From IMG/VR virus record IMGVR_UViG_3300030109_005817, positions 1-31,128 of that record: a stretch of DNA of 31,128 bases, one strand, 5' to 3'. A program made the translations under genes and the position numbers. Shown here piece after piece: positions 15,136 through 24,170 of the stretch; the first letter of the stretch is position 1; each line of letters opens with the position of its first letter. Source of the DNA: a virus (taxonomy: Duplodnaviria; Caudoviricetes). The notes under the pieces were generated by a model. It searched no databases and was not told where the DNA came from. It was given only the letters and a program-made list of their open reading frames with translations.

Positions 15136-15530
15136 TGAGTGTAAATAAAGCAATCTTGGTAGGCCGTCTTGGCGTTGACCCTGAACTACGAACAACCGCA
15201 TCTGGAACAAACGTTGTAAATGTTCGTATGGCCACGACCGATCGACGCAAGGAAGGCGATGAGTGGGTGCCTCACACAGAGTGGCACAACGTCACCATTT
15301 GGGGTCGTACTGCGGAAAATGTCGCTAAATTTTGTACGAAGGGTAAAGAAATTTACGTCGAAGGTAAGATTCAAACCCGAAAGTACACGGATAAGTCTGG
15401 AAATGACCGGTACTCTACAGAAATCGTTGCAGACAATGTGCGTTTTCTTGGCGGTAAAAACGACAACGCACCAACTGTTCAATCACAAAGCAACGGGTTT
15501 GCTGCGAACGATGAGCACATTCCGTTTTAG
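15135..15530 (+). CDS. ssb: Single-stranded DNA-binding protein
   Basis: VNKAILVGRLGVDPELR, TEWHNV, KGKEIYVEGKIQTRKY and acidic IPF C-terminus. Confidence 0.97.
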   Translation: MSVNKAILVGRLGVDPELRTTASGTNVVNVRMATTDRRKEGDEWVPHTEWHNVTIWGRTAENVAKFCTKGKEIYVEGKIQTRKYTDKSGNDRYSTEIVADNVRFLGGKNDNAPTVQSQSNGFAANDEHIPF

Positions 15531-15697
15531 TCTGAACCGTAGACTTCTTTTTTGAAAAGTTTAGTTAGTTTTTCGATGTATTTTCTCTTCGCTATTTTGT
15601 CGGATGGCGGAGGTTCATCGCTTATTTTTCCATCTGATCTAAGTTTTTTCAGAACCTCATTGAATTTCCGATAATCTTCTTCAAAGTTATTAGGCAT
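15527..15697 (-). CDS. Small hypothetical protein (56 aa), absent from the ORF track
   Basis: Hand translation MPNNFEEDYRKFNEVLKKLRSDGKISDEPPPSDKIAKRKYIEKLTKLFKKEVYGSD; AGGAG RBS 6 nt upstream; fills the ssb-terminase gap. Confidence 0.7.
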   Translation of the reverse strand: MPNNFEEDYRKFNEVLKKLRSDGKISDEPPPSDKIAKRKYIEKLTKLFKKEVYGSD

Positions 15698-15741
15698 ACA
15701 TAACTCCTATACTGTGTGATAATAAATAATAAGGAGGGCGA

Positions 15742-16302
15742 ATGTCTGACGAAAAAGATGGTTTTAACGATACTAATGAGGGCGATGTTGTCGTCGGCAT
15801 TTCACCAGATATTGAACACATTAACAAACCACAAGTAAGTGAGTGGCTGAAGCCTGATGATAACGGGTTTCGACCTACCCCACAGCAAGAAAAGTTTCGT
15901 TTATTGGCATACAGAATGGCCCAGCGTAAGCGTTTTTTTCGTGGTGAATGGTACAAAGCTTCCAAGGCCAAAGAGTACCAAGGTGTTGCTGTTAATGAGC
16001 GTACTTGGGCACGCTGGTGCAAAGAGGATGATCGATTTTTGGCCTGGTTTTATGATGAGTTTCCCGACACCGCTGAAATTTCAGAAGAAGAATTTAAGAT
16101 GATGGATATGCAGTACTGGACTGGCGTTAGGGATGCGATGGGCGAAGGTGAAGAGTGGGCGTATCGTCAGTATGCAAAGACGCGATTTGATTCTGCAGCC
16201 GCCAAAAAGGATGCTGCGGACAGTGAATCGCTTTTGCAGCTACGCGCTTACTTTAATGATGGTGGTGGAGAGTCATGGAAAATTGAGCCGGGTGAGGCGT
16301 AG
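15742..16302 (+). CDS. Probable terminase small subunit
   Basis: AAGGAGG RBS; directly upstream of and overlapping terL; HTH-like VNERTWARW segment. Assignment is mainly positional. Confidence 0.6.
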   Translation: MSDEKDGFNDTNEGDVVVGISPDIEHINKPQVSEWLKPDDNGFRPTPQQEKFRLLAYRMAQRKRFFRGEWYKASKAKEYQGVAVNERTWARWCKEDDRFLAWFYDEFPDTAEISEEEFKMMDMQYWTGVRDAMGEGEEWAYRQYAKTRFDSAAAKKDAADSESLLQLRAYFNDGGGESWKIEPGEA

Positions 16303-17870
16303 TGAATGCGAACGATAAAAAGCTGCTGGCTCAGTTAGCAAGTCATCCAGGCGAGTTTATAGGTCGCTTGAAGATTGTTGATGAAAAGGGCCAAGAGCGC
16401 TCGTTCAATACACCGTTTGCTGAACAGGTAATGGCTTTGGAAGACTTTTGTTCCGATGCCGAGACTGTGATTCACTACAAGCCACGCCAGATTGGCGACA
16501 CCACTGTAGCTACCGCATACAACTTTAACTATTTGTATTGGGTTCAAGACCCGGCACGCTGCCTTGTGGTGGCTGACTCCTACGACTCTACCGATGCTAT
16601 TTTTGGTCGTGTTCGTCATTACTATCGATCGTTGCCGGAAATGCTCAAGAAGCCGATTGAGCGCTCAAACAAGCGTGAGTTGATATTCAAAGACAGCATG
16701 GCCGGTTTCCGGTGCATGACTGCAGGTGGTAAAAGTGACGCGCGTGGTTGGACGTATCAGCGTCTACATGCCGATGAGTTGGCGTTCTGGCCAAATGCTG
16801 AAGACGTATGGGCGTCTGTTACCTCAACGCTTCACGAAGGCCCACACAAAAAGATCATTATTATTTCCACTGCTGACGGACCCGGCAATCTTTTCCACTC
16901 CAAAGTTTTGAGTGCAATCGAAGCAAAGCAGCGTGGAGACAAGTCTGTTCGCTTTCGTTTTTTCAAGTGGTCCGATCACTGGGCATACCAGGCAGACGTT
17001 CCAGACGGTTGGGAGCCAGATCAAGAAGAGTGGATTTTAGGTCAGCAGCACAACCTCACAATGCGTCAATTGTATTGGCGTCACGATAAGATTCACGGCG
17101 TAAATGGGATCGGTATCCGCCGATTCAGGCGAGAATACCCCCTTACTATTGAGGACGGCTTTGCCATACATGACGGTAGTTGGTTTGATACTGATTATCT
17201 CAACAGTGTTTTGTCTTCACTCAAACCTGTCGAGGGTGAGTTGCGGATTTATGAGAGGCCGTACCCTGGACTTAACTACTCGGTTGGTGTTGACCCCTCC
17301 TGGTGTAACGGCGGAGACTACGCGGTAGCACAGGTTTTAAGTGCGGACGGTCGTCAAGTGGCCACACTCTCTATGAATCAGGGTGGTGAGATTCTATTTG
17401 CCCAAAAGGCGGTGGAGTTGGCCATGCACTACAACAAGGCCAGAACATTGGTTGAGGCCAATACGGGCGGTGCGGGTCCGGTTGTTATTCGGGAGTTTCA
17501 AAAGGCTGGCTTGCCGTTGTGGCACAAGCCACCAGCGCCGGGTCAGGCTGCAAGCAAAACACCTAAGCATTGGACGACAACTCGTGGAAGCAAAGAGCAG
17601 GCGTATGCTCATTTGCGTCAAGTTGTGAATGCAGATGTTTTGACACTGAATGATTTATCAACGGTTCAAGAATTGATGCATATTCGTGAACACAATGGAA
17701 AAATCGAAGGACAAGATGGTTATCACGATGACCATTCAGATGCGTTAATGCTTGCTGAGTGGAATCGTCGTAAAATGCCACAGGCTAAGGATATTCCCAA
17801 AAGAGGGACAAAGCGATATCATGCTCGCAGAAATCCTTTTAATGTTTTGAGCGGAGCGAAGGTATCGTGA
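16302..17870 (+). CDS. terL: Terminase large subunit
   Basis: Walker A-like KPRQIGDTT, Walker B LHADE, motif III ISTADG, nuclease GVDPS..GDYAV, VEAN and HDDHSDAL. Confidence 0.95.
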   Translation: MNANDKKLLAQLASHPGEFIGRLKIVDEKGQERSFNTPFAEQVMALEDFCSDAETVIHYKPRQIGDTTVATAYNFNYLYWVQDPARCLVVADSYDSTDAIFGRVRHYYRSLPEMLKKPIERSNKRELIFKDSMAGFRCMTAGGKSDARGWTYQRLHADELAFWPNAEDVWASVTSTLHEGPHKKIIIISTADGPGNLFHSKVLSAIEAKQRGDKSVRFRFFKWSDHWAYQADVPDGWEPDQEEWILGQQHNLTMRQLYWRHDKIHGVNGIGIRRFRREYPLTIEDGFAIHDGSWFDTDYLNSVLSSLKPVEGELRIYERPYPGLNYSVGVDPSWCNGGDYAVAQVLSADGRQVATLSMNQGGEILFAQKAVELAMHYNKARTLVEANTGGAGPVVIREFQKAGLPLWHKPPAPGQAASKTPKHWTTTRGSKEQAYAHLRQVVNADVLTLNDLSTVQELMHIREHNGKIEGQDGYHDDHSDALMLAEWNRRKMPQAKDIPKRGTKRYHARRNPFNVLSGAKVS

Positions 17871-20239
17871 AACAAACAGATCAAATATCACCAAAACTTG
17901 TACATGAATTTGTTCGCTCGCATGATCGCTATGCACGAAACCATCGCAAGGATTGGTCTCTGTATAAGCACACATACATGACTCGATATTGGGAGTACAT
18001 GGCTGGTGATGACTCTTCAAAACGGAACCGCCGCCTTCGTGAGGTTGAGGTAGAGGTAAACCGCCTGTGGGGTGTAATCACATCATATCTCTCGGCTCTG
18101 TACCCACGAGCCAGCCGAGTTGTCCTGGGTCCTGACCCTGCGGGCACTGGTGACCCCCAGAAGGCCGAGTTGGCAATCAATAGAATGCTCGCAAGCCGTA
18201 AGATTCATGAAAGAGTCATGTCGGCCCTACGGCAAGCGCTGCTGTACCCAGGCTCGGGTATCAAGGTTGGATATCATCACGGCAGAGGTAGCCCCCTGGA
18301 CCGAGTATGGATGCGAGTCATTCCTATTTGGGAAATGCTTTTGGATCACGAAGTATCCGATGCAGATGATGAGCGTTTTCGTGGTCATTTGTATTATCGG
18401 CCCAAACAAGAAGTCGAAAAAGAATACGGACTGGAAGATATTTCAGGAACCCGTCGTCTTGATTTTTTGTCTGGTGCAGACACTGTGGTGGATTCGAAAA
18501 ACAATCGTAAGCGGTACGACAAAGTTGATGACGACAACAACTTCGTTCGTGTTCTTGAGTTTTGTAACTTAGTTGACCACTATGTAGACCCTGAAAATCC
18601 GGATATTAAGTATGAAGGAAGACTTGAAATTTATGTTTTGGGTCAAGGTGATGCGTCTAAAAAGCCGGTCTATGTTGGTCCTTTACCTTTCGCTCGCCAT
18701 GACGGTGAGCCGATGGCGCACATCATACCGCTGATTTTTAACTATGAGCCCGAATACCCATTGCGAGGCATTGCTCACGTTCGTCGGTTGATGCCTCAGT
18801 TTAAAGAATTGAATGCATACCGCTCATATATGGCGATGGCTACTCGAAAAGATACTCGCCAATATGTGACCAGAAAAGGTACTTTCAATGCCGAAGAAAT
18901 GACCCTACTTACAGAGGGTCACGATGGCTTGATTTTGGAAGTAGAGTCTGGATTTGAGAGACCGCTTGGCGATGCAATTCTGCCAATTCAAAACGCTGCC
19001 ATATCCAGCAATATTCAAAACTACGTTCGTGATGTAGAAACAGATATTGAGCGCGTGATTGGAACAAGCCCACAGGCCAGAGGCATTGTGACAAAGGCTA
19101 CAGCCTTTGAGGTTGAAACGGTTCAACAATATACTGAATCAGAGTTTGGTCTACACGCCACAATTAAGGATCAGTGGTTGTCCAATTTGACCGAATTGCT
19201 TTTGCGTACACTGATTGCATGTATGCAAGATGATGGCGATAGTGCTGGTGCTTACGATGACCAGTCGGTCGATGTAGCTGAAGTTGGCGCAGAACCAAAC
19301 GATGATGCGCAAACTGATCAGCCAGAAGTTGAAGAAACTTTCGATAAGCAGAAAATTTTGTCGATGGCGGAAGTTGCTGGAATCGACGTTGAATCGAATG
19401 ACTTCAAAGACTTGGCTTCACAGATCACGACAAAGCGCGAAATCGATGACATGACCCCCGAAGAGTTGAACCTGCTGGGTCAAACCCTAAGCGGTCGTGC
19501 TCTTGAGGCCCAAAGCGCTACAGACGAAAAGGAGTCTGCACAAGTCGATGAGGCCCTTGCTAAAAATACCGCATCACTTCAAGAGCCGCTTGTTGACGAA
19601 GACGCGGTGCCGTCTAAAGGCATTTCAAGGGTTGGTGATGAATTCAGGGTGGTTCAAGAAACTTTGATTTTAAGAGATCGCAATGATCAAATCGCTATTT
19701 CGGTCGAAGATTTGGACGCCAACTTTGAAATTACTTTTGTCGAAGGTGGTCGTACACCACTCAGCGACAGTGTCATGCAGCAAAACTTGGTTGCTCTCTT
19801 ACAGCCTTACGGCGCGCTTTGGGAAGCAGCGGCAAAGGGTGGCCCGTCAGGGGTGTTCGCCAAAAACTACATGAAGGTACTTGCTGAACGATTTGATCTT
19901 CCGAAAGACCTTCACCCAGAAGAATTGGAATCTGAGTTGGCTTTAGAAAGCCAGGAAAAAACTAAAGAATCTAAAAAATCTAAAGTTGAACCCTCCGAAG
20001 ACCCGACACAAGAACCGGCTCAAGAACCTTTGGAGCAGCCCGCAGAGGCCGCAGACCCGCAAGAAATGATTGCACAGATTTCTCAAATGCCACCCGACCA
20101 GGCCCTGTCCGCTATGGCGGAAATATTTGGAGATAACCCCGAGGTGATGGAGATTCTTGAACAAATAGCAGCGCTTCCTCCTGAAGAGCAGGGCCCTGCG
20201 ATTGCGCAAGTATTGGAGGCTGCGAGTGCCAGTCTATAG
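17867..20239 (+). CDS. Portal protein
   Basis: 790 aa directly after terL (GTGA overlap); ALLYPGSGIKVG and KATAFEV segments resemble P22/T7-type portals; acidic Gln/Pro-rich tail. Confidence 0.85.
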   Translation: MKQTDQISPKLVHEFVRSHDRYARNHRKDWSLYKHTYMTRYWEYMAGDDSSKRNRRLREVEVEVNRLWGVITSYLSALYPRASRVVLGPDPAGTGDPQKAELAINRMLASRKIHERVMSALRQALLYPGSGIKVGYHHGRGSPLDRVWMRVIPIWEMLLDHEVSDADDERFRGHLYYRPKQEVEKEYGLEDISGTRRLDFLSGADTVVDSKNNRKRYDKVDDDNNFVRVLEFCNLVDHYVDPENPDIKYEGRLEIYVLGQGDASKKPVYVGPLPFARHDGEPMAHIIPLIFNYEPEYPLRGIAHVRRLMPQFKELNAYRSYMAMATRKDTRQYVTRKGTFNAEEMTLLTEGHDGLILEVESGFERPLGDAILPIQNAAISSNIQNYVRDVETDIERVIGTSPQARGIVTKATAFEVETVQQYTESEFGLHATIKDQWLSNLTELLLRTLIACMQDDGDSAGAYDDQSVDVAEVGAEPNDDAQTDQPEVEETFDKQKILSMAEVAGIDVESNDFKDLASQITTKREIDDMTPEELNLLGQTLSGRALEAQSATDEKESAQVDEALAKNTASLQEPLVDEDAVPSKGISRVGDEFRVVQETLILRDRNDQIAISVEDLDANFEITFVEGGRTPLSDSVMQQNLVALLQPYGALWEAAAKGGPSGVFAKNYMKVLAERFDLPKDLHPEELESELALESQEKTKESKKSKVEPSEDPTQEPAQEPLEQPAEAADPQEMIAQISQMPPDQALSAMAEIFGDNPEVMEILEQIAALPPEEQGPAIAQVLEAASASL

Positions 20240-20822
20240 TTATAAATGTGATGAGTGTGGCCATGAACAAGACCACACATGTAGATTTTCAAATCGCCCA
20301 GACTTCATTGGTTGCTCCGCTTGTGGGAAAGACTCTAAGCGTGTTTTTAGAGTATCGGTTGCTCAGTCAAATGATCCCCAAAATCAGGCGCCCGAAAAGT
20401 CGAGAAAGATGACCGGCCTCGTTATGCATTTGTATATGTGTAAGGACTGTGACCATCAGTTTGATGACCTTACAGACTTTAGTGCTGGTGAGCATTTTGA
20501 AGATTTGCGCGAGTGTCCAAAATGTAAATCTAAAAATTCTAAATGGCTACCAATGGCAAGAATTGATAGATTTAGTGAACAATTTCCATACTATGATCGC
20601 GGTCTTGGTGTAATGTTGACCAGTAAGCAGCACCGTAGAGATATCTGCAAACAAAGAGGCCTTACGCCTGTAGATGGTGACTGGGACGTAGAAAAAGAAT
20701 ATAGTAAATGGGACACAAGGATGGAAAAAGAAGTAAAAGAATACGATGATTATTGTAATCGGTTAGAGCATCATCCAGCATTTAAACAATTTAGAATTCA
20801 AAGAGACAAAGGCATCACTTAG
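20226..20822 (+). CDS. FmdB-like double zinc-ribbon protein
   Basis: GTG start with GGAGG RBS; PVYSYKCDECGH..CSACG and YMCKDCDHQF..CPKCKS give four CxxC pairs. Confidence 0.85.
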   Translation: MPVYSYKCDECGHEQDHTCRFSNRPDFIGCSACGKDSKRVFRVSVAQSNDPQNQAPEKSRKMTGLVMHLYMCKDCDHQFDDLTDFSAGEHFEDLRECPKCKSKNSKWLPMARIDRFSEQFPYYDRGLGVMLTSKQHRRDICKQRGLTPVDGDWDVEKEYSKWDTRMEKEVKEYDDYCNRLEHHPAFKQFRIQRDKGIT

Positions 20823-20831
20823 GAGTTTGTC

Positions 20832-21428
20832 ATGTACGGATACGAAAAAGGTCAACCAATGGCTGAAGATCAAGCGGCAATGCCCCCTGAAGGCGCTCCA
20901 CCACCCGCTGAAGCTGCTCCACCTGAGCCTGTAGATGACTCAGAAGCGCAACTTCAAGAGTTGGCTCAGTCTGCACCAGCGCCAACTAAGCCGTTTTCAG
21001 TAAAGGCCCTCAAAACGCTTTTGGACACGTTTAATAAAACTCTTTCTAAGATTTCGGCAGTAGATATGCCAAAGATTGAAATTGATTTTGAAGGTGCTGA
21101 AAAAGGGAAACTTGACCAACCTTTGCCTTCGGATCTATTTCTACCTCTTGTCGCTATTTCTGAGTTGATCAAAATGGTTGGTGGTGGAGAGTTTGAGTCT
21201 AAGCTTGGGTTTGATCCTTTTACTATTGTGACTGATACAGATCTTCGCAAAGTAACCGCGTTACTCAAAATGATGGCAAAAGATAAAAAATTCATTGAGG
21301 CTGTAAAGCAGCTTCAGGAAGATGGCCCAGAAGCGGCACCAGCGGCAGAAGATGAGGGTGGCGATATGGCGCCTCCGCCCGACGATATGGGCGCGCAAGA
21401 TGAAACTCTTGCAGCAGCAATGCAGTAA
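20832..21428 (+). CDS. Acidic hypothetical protein in the head module
   Basis: AGGAG RBS; Pro/Glu/Ala-rich termini; lies between portal and scaffold. Confidence 0.85.
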   Translation: MYGYEKGQPMAEDQAAMPPEGAPPPAEAAPPEPVDDSEAQLQELAQSAPAPTKPFSVKALKTLLDTFNKTLSKISAVDMPKIEIDFEGAEKGKLDQPLPSDLFLPLVAISELIKMVGGGEFESKLGFDPFTIVTDTDLRKVTALLKMMAKDKKFIEAVKQLQEDGPEAAPAAEDEGGDMAPPPDDMGAQDETLAAAMQ

Positions 21429-21441
21429 TAAACTTGCATTG

Positions 21442-21471
21442 TTGCGAAAGTATTTTAAAAAATGTTAGATT
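21442..21471 (+). promoter_or_regulatory. Promoter for scaffold-capsid genes
   Basis: TTGCGA-N18-TAGATT with extended -10 TG (21463-21464) in an AT-rich gap, followed by AAGGAG. Confidence 0.55.
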
Positions 21472-21492
21472 TTAAACCGAAAGGAGATTTTT

Positions 21493-22455
21493 GTGTCAGA
21501 CGAAATGATTGAAAATAATGAGAACGATTTACCGGTAAATGAAGATGTTCCGGCTGGTTCTACAGGATTGCTTGATGAAGGCACACCTGTGGAGGCATCA
21601 AATGTGTCCGATACAAATGAGTCTTCTGAAGATGTAACATTTACAAGTGATCAAGCTTCTGCTGTAAGTGAAAAGTCTTTTGATCCTTTGTTTTCAGACA
21701 TAGAAGATCAAGAGTTGAGCACGGACGCATTTTACGAAAACATTAATGAGCAAGACATTAAAGATCTTCCAACTGTTGCTCGTAGAATGCTTCACAACTT
21801 TAGGGTTTCGTACAAAAATCATAAGAATGAATTAGATTCATCGCATCAAAAAAGAGTAGAGCAGTACCAGAAACGCGAACAACAGATTCAAAGCTTGGAG
21901 CGTGACTTTGCTCGTCGGCAGGCTGAGTTTGCATCTGTTATCGATGATCCTCGGATCAAAGAAGCGTTGAAAACACCTGAAGGTGAGTTGCCCGACCTTA
22001 TGTCTGAAGAAGGCATTCAGGCGCACATCAATCGCGGAATTGCAGAGGCTGTTTCGAGCGTATTTTCTCCGATGCAACAAGTATCGGAAGAACAGCGCCA
22101 AAAAAGCCGCTATCTCGATTTTCTTGAAGCACACCCTGAAATGAAGGATGATGGCTTTAAAACCCAGGTTGCTGAGTTGGTTGCAAATCGTCAAAATACC
22201 GATGCGCCACTCTCCACCCAAGATGCATATGATCTTGTCGTTGCTCGGAACATGATTGCCCAAGAACGCAAGAAAAAAGAAACACAACGGAGAGCCCGCG
22301 CTCAGGCTGCACGACAAGTGCAGCGTAGTTCTGTGAGCGGTTCTCCTGGTGTCGCTGAAATTCCCCCTGATGTCAAGAAGCAAGGTGCGGCTTCGATTGC
22401 TGCTTGGCTCCAGTCAAACCCCGAAGCCGCAAAAGCCTTTCTCAATAACCGCTAA
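21493..22455 (+). CDS. Probable capsid scaffolding protein
   Basis: Acidic disordered N-terminus, coiled-coil middle, basic C-terminal region; immediately before the capsid gene. Confidence 0.75.
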   Translation: MSDEMIENNENDLPVNEDVPAGSTGLLDEGTPVEASNVSDTNESSEDVTFTSDQASAVSEKSFDPLFSDIEDQELSTDAFYENINEQDIKDLPTVARRMLHNFRVSYKNHKNELDSSHQKRVEQYQKREQQIQSLERDFARRQAEFASVIDDPRIKEALKTPEGELPDLMSEEGIQAHINRGIAEAVSSVFSPMQQVSEEQRQKSRYLDFLEAHPEMKDDGFKTQVAELVANRQNTDAPLSTQDAYDLVVARNMIAQERKKKETQRRARAQAARQVQRSSVSGSPGVAEIPPDVKKQGAASIAAWLQSNPEAAKAFLNNR

Positions 22456-22467
22456 TAGGAGCCGAAA

Positions 22468-23526
22468 ATGGCAACCACTGACCTTACCATTGGAAACGAA
22501 TTGCTTTCCACAACCATGCACATCCTGATGAAGGACTTTCGTGACAACGTTCACGAATCCGTAGCCTTCCTTGATGCACAAGAACGTGTCCACGGTGCTG
22601 GAAAGCCAGTTCAAGCCGGTGGATCTCGGATTGTTGTGCCTCTCGGCTTCGGTGAGCACTCTTCAACCACTCGTATGCAGACTGGTTTTGAGCGCATTGA
22701 CCTTAGTGTCGAAGATGTGTTCCAACCTGCACAATACGATTTTGGTCACGTTGTGCGTCCAGTCGCTATCTCTTCTGAAGAAGAAATGGTCAACTCAGGC
22801 GATGCCGCGATTCTTTCAATTCTTGAAAGTCGTGTTCTCATGACCGCTAACGCTCTCAAGCGTGAGTACGTCAAGCAAATCGTTAAGGGTAGCCAAACCG
22901 GTTGGGAAGACTGGAACACGCTGAACGGATTCGACGTGACCTCTGGCGACCACCAAGGTTTCCTTGAGCCTGAAGCTGTTGGCTCTCAAGGCAACACTGT
23001 TGGTAACGTAAGCAAGTCTACCTACAGCGGTAAGACTGGTTGGCAGAACCAACGCTTTGATGGTGCTGGATCTTTCAACGCTAACGGCCTCGCGGGTCTT
23101 TATGACCTGTTGGTTGAAATCAACGCTGTGTCGCCTTCTGGTGCTCCCAACGTAATTCTTGCTTCCCGCGCTGGATTCAAGAACCTCAAGCGTGCTCTTT
23201 CTGCACACGAGCGGTACGTTGATCAGTCACAGATCGATGGCGGTAAGATGGTTGAAACCTTCCAAGGTATTCCAATCAACGTTGAGTACAACATGCCTAA
23301 CGCTGGCGGAACCCCTGGTTCTACTGCTGATCCTATCAGCTTCTACTTGCTGAACATGAACGACATCTACACCCTGTGGGACCCACAAGGTTACTTCGAC
23401 CTCTCGGACTTCGAGACTGTGTCGGGTGAGTACGATGTTCGTGCTGCCAAGCTTCGGTGCCGTGGTCAACTGATCGCCAAGCACCTTGGTTCCAGCGGTG
23501 TAGCATTCGACTTGGAAACCTTCTAA
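22468..23526 (+). CDS. Major capsid protein
   Basis: 352 aa with AGGAG RBS; LLSTTM..FRDNV, GGSRIVVPL and FQGIPI segments typical of HK97-fold coat proteins; biased codon use; followed by a hairpin. Confidence 0.9.
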   Translation: MATTDLTIGNELLSTTMHILMKDFRDNVHESVAFLDAQERVHGAGKPVQAGGSRIVVPLGFGEHSSTTRMQTGFERIDLSVEDVFQPAQYDFGHVVRPVAISSEEEMVNSGDAAILSILESRVLMTANALKREYVKQIVKGSQTGWEDWNTLNGFDVTSGDHQGFLEPEAVGSQGNTVGNVSKSTYSGKTGWQNQRFDGAGSFNANGLAGLYDLLVEINAVSPSGAPNVILASRAGFKNLKRALSAHERYVDQSQIDGGKMVETFQGIPINVEYNMPNAGGTPGSTADPISFYLLNMNDIYTLWDPQGYFDLSDFETVSGEYDVRAAKLRCRGQLIAKHLGSSGVAFDLETF

Positions 23527-23538
23527 GTCATCCTGATT

Positions 23539-23570
23539 GGGTGGGGTTCATGTCGAGCCCCACCCTATTT
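23539..23570 (+). terminator. Hairpin after the capsid gene (leaky terminator or mRNA stabiliser)
   Basis: 11 bp stem GGGTGGGGTTC/GAGCCCCACCC with only a short TATTT tail. Confidence 0.7.
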
Positions 23571-23602
23571 CATAGCCATAGAATCAAAAGAGGGAGGATA
23601 TC

Positions 23603-24085
23603 ATGGCAATTCATAAAGTAGATGGTGTCGACGGCGACAACAATTTTCCGAAGAAGTATGTACGGCTTTACGCTGCCGCAATCGTAACCAAAGGTGACTG
23701 GGTCCGCATTGACCTTGACAACTCAGAGAACGGCCTTGGTGCTTCTGTTGAGCAAGCGCCTGCCGCAACCGCTGGTGGAGACTGCATGGTGCTCGGTGTA
23801 GCAACTGAAACGGTTGCTGCTGGTAGCTATGTTAAAGTCCAAACTGCGGGCCTGTATGGCGATAACACCACAGGCGGCGGAGCGGCTGTTCTTGGTTCTG
23901 CTGTTACTGCTGGCGGCAAGGCGTTGGTAGTTGATGACACTGGCGCTGCCGGACAGGCAGACATCTTTGCGGGTGCCACACATGTTCTTACGGGACCATG
24001 TGGTATTTCTATCTCGGCTGGTGGTGCTGGTGACTACGGAACCAACGAAGCAACCGTGATGATCATTGATCAAGGCTACTTCTAA
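23603..24085 (+). CDS. Probable capsid decoration/cement protein
   Basis: GGAGG RBS; Gly/Ala-rich; KGDWV..LGVATETVAAGSYVKVQTAG pattern; directly after the capsid gene. Confidence 0.7.
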   Translation: MAIHKVDGVDGDNNFPKKYVRLYAAAIVTKGDWVRIDLDNSENGLGASVEQAPAATAGGDCMVLGVATETVAAGSYVKVQTAGLYGDNTTGGGAAVLGSAVTAGGKALVVDDTGAAGQADIFAGATHVLTGPCGISISAGGAGDYGTNEATVMIIDQGYF

Positions 24086-24116
24086 GCCATATTCGCTACC
24101 GGACCTCGGTCCATTC

Positions 24117-24158
24117 ACGGCTGCTGGGGTATACTATCTCAGCAGCCGTTTTCTTTTT
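24117..24158 (+). terminator. Rho-independent terminator
   Basis: Long stem ACGGCTGCTGGGGTA/TATCTCAGCAGCCGT followed by TTTCTTTTT. Confidence 0.85.
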
Positions 24159-24170
24159 CTGGAGCCTGAC

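Noticed and set aside
23505-23526. T7-like frameshift extension of the major capsid protein
   Set aside because: No slippery heptamer before the stop, and a hairpin plus a separately initiated gene follow.
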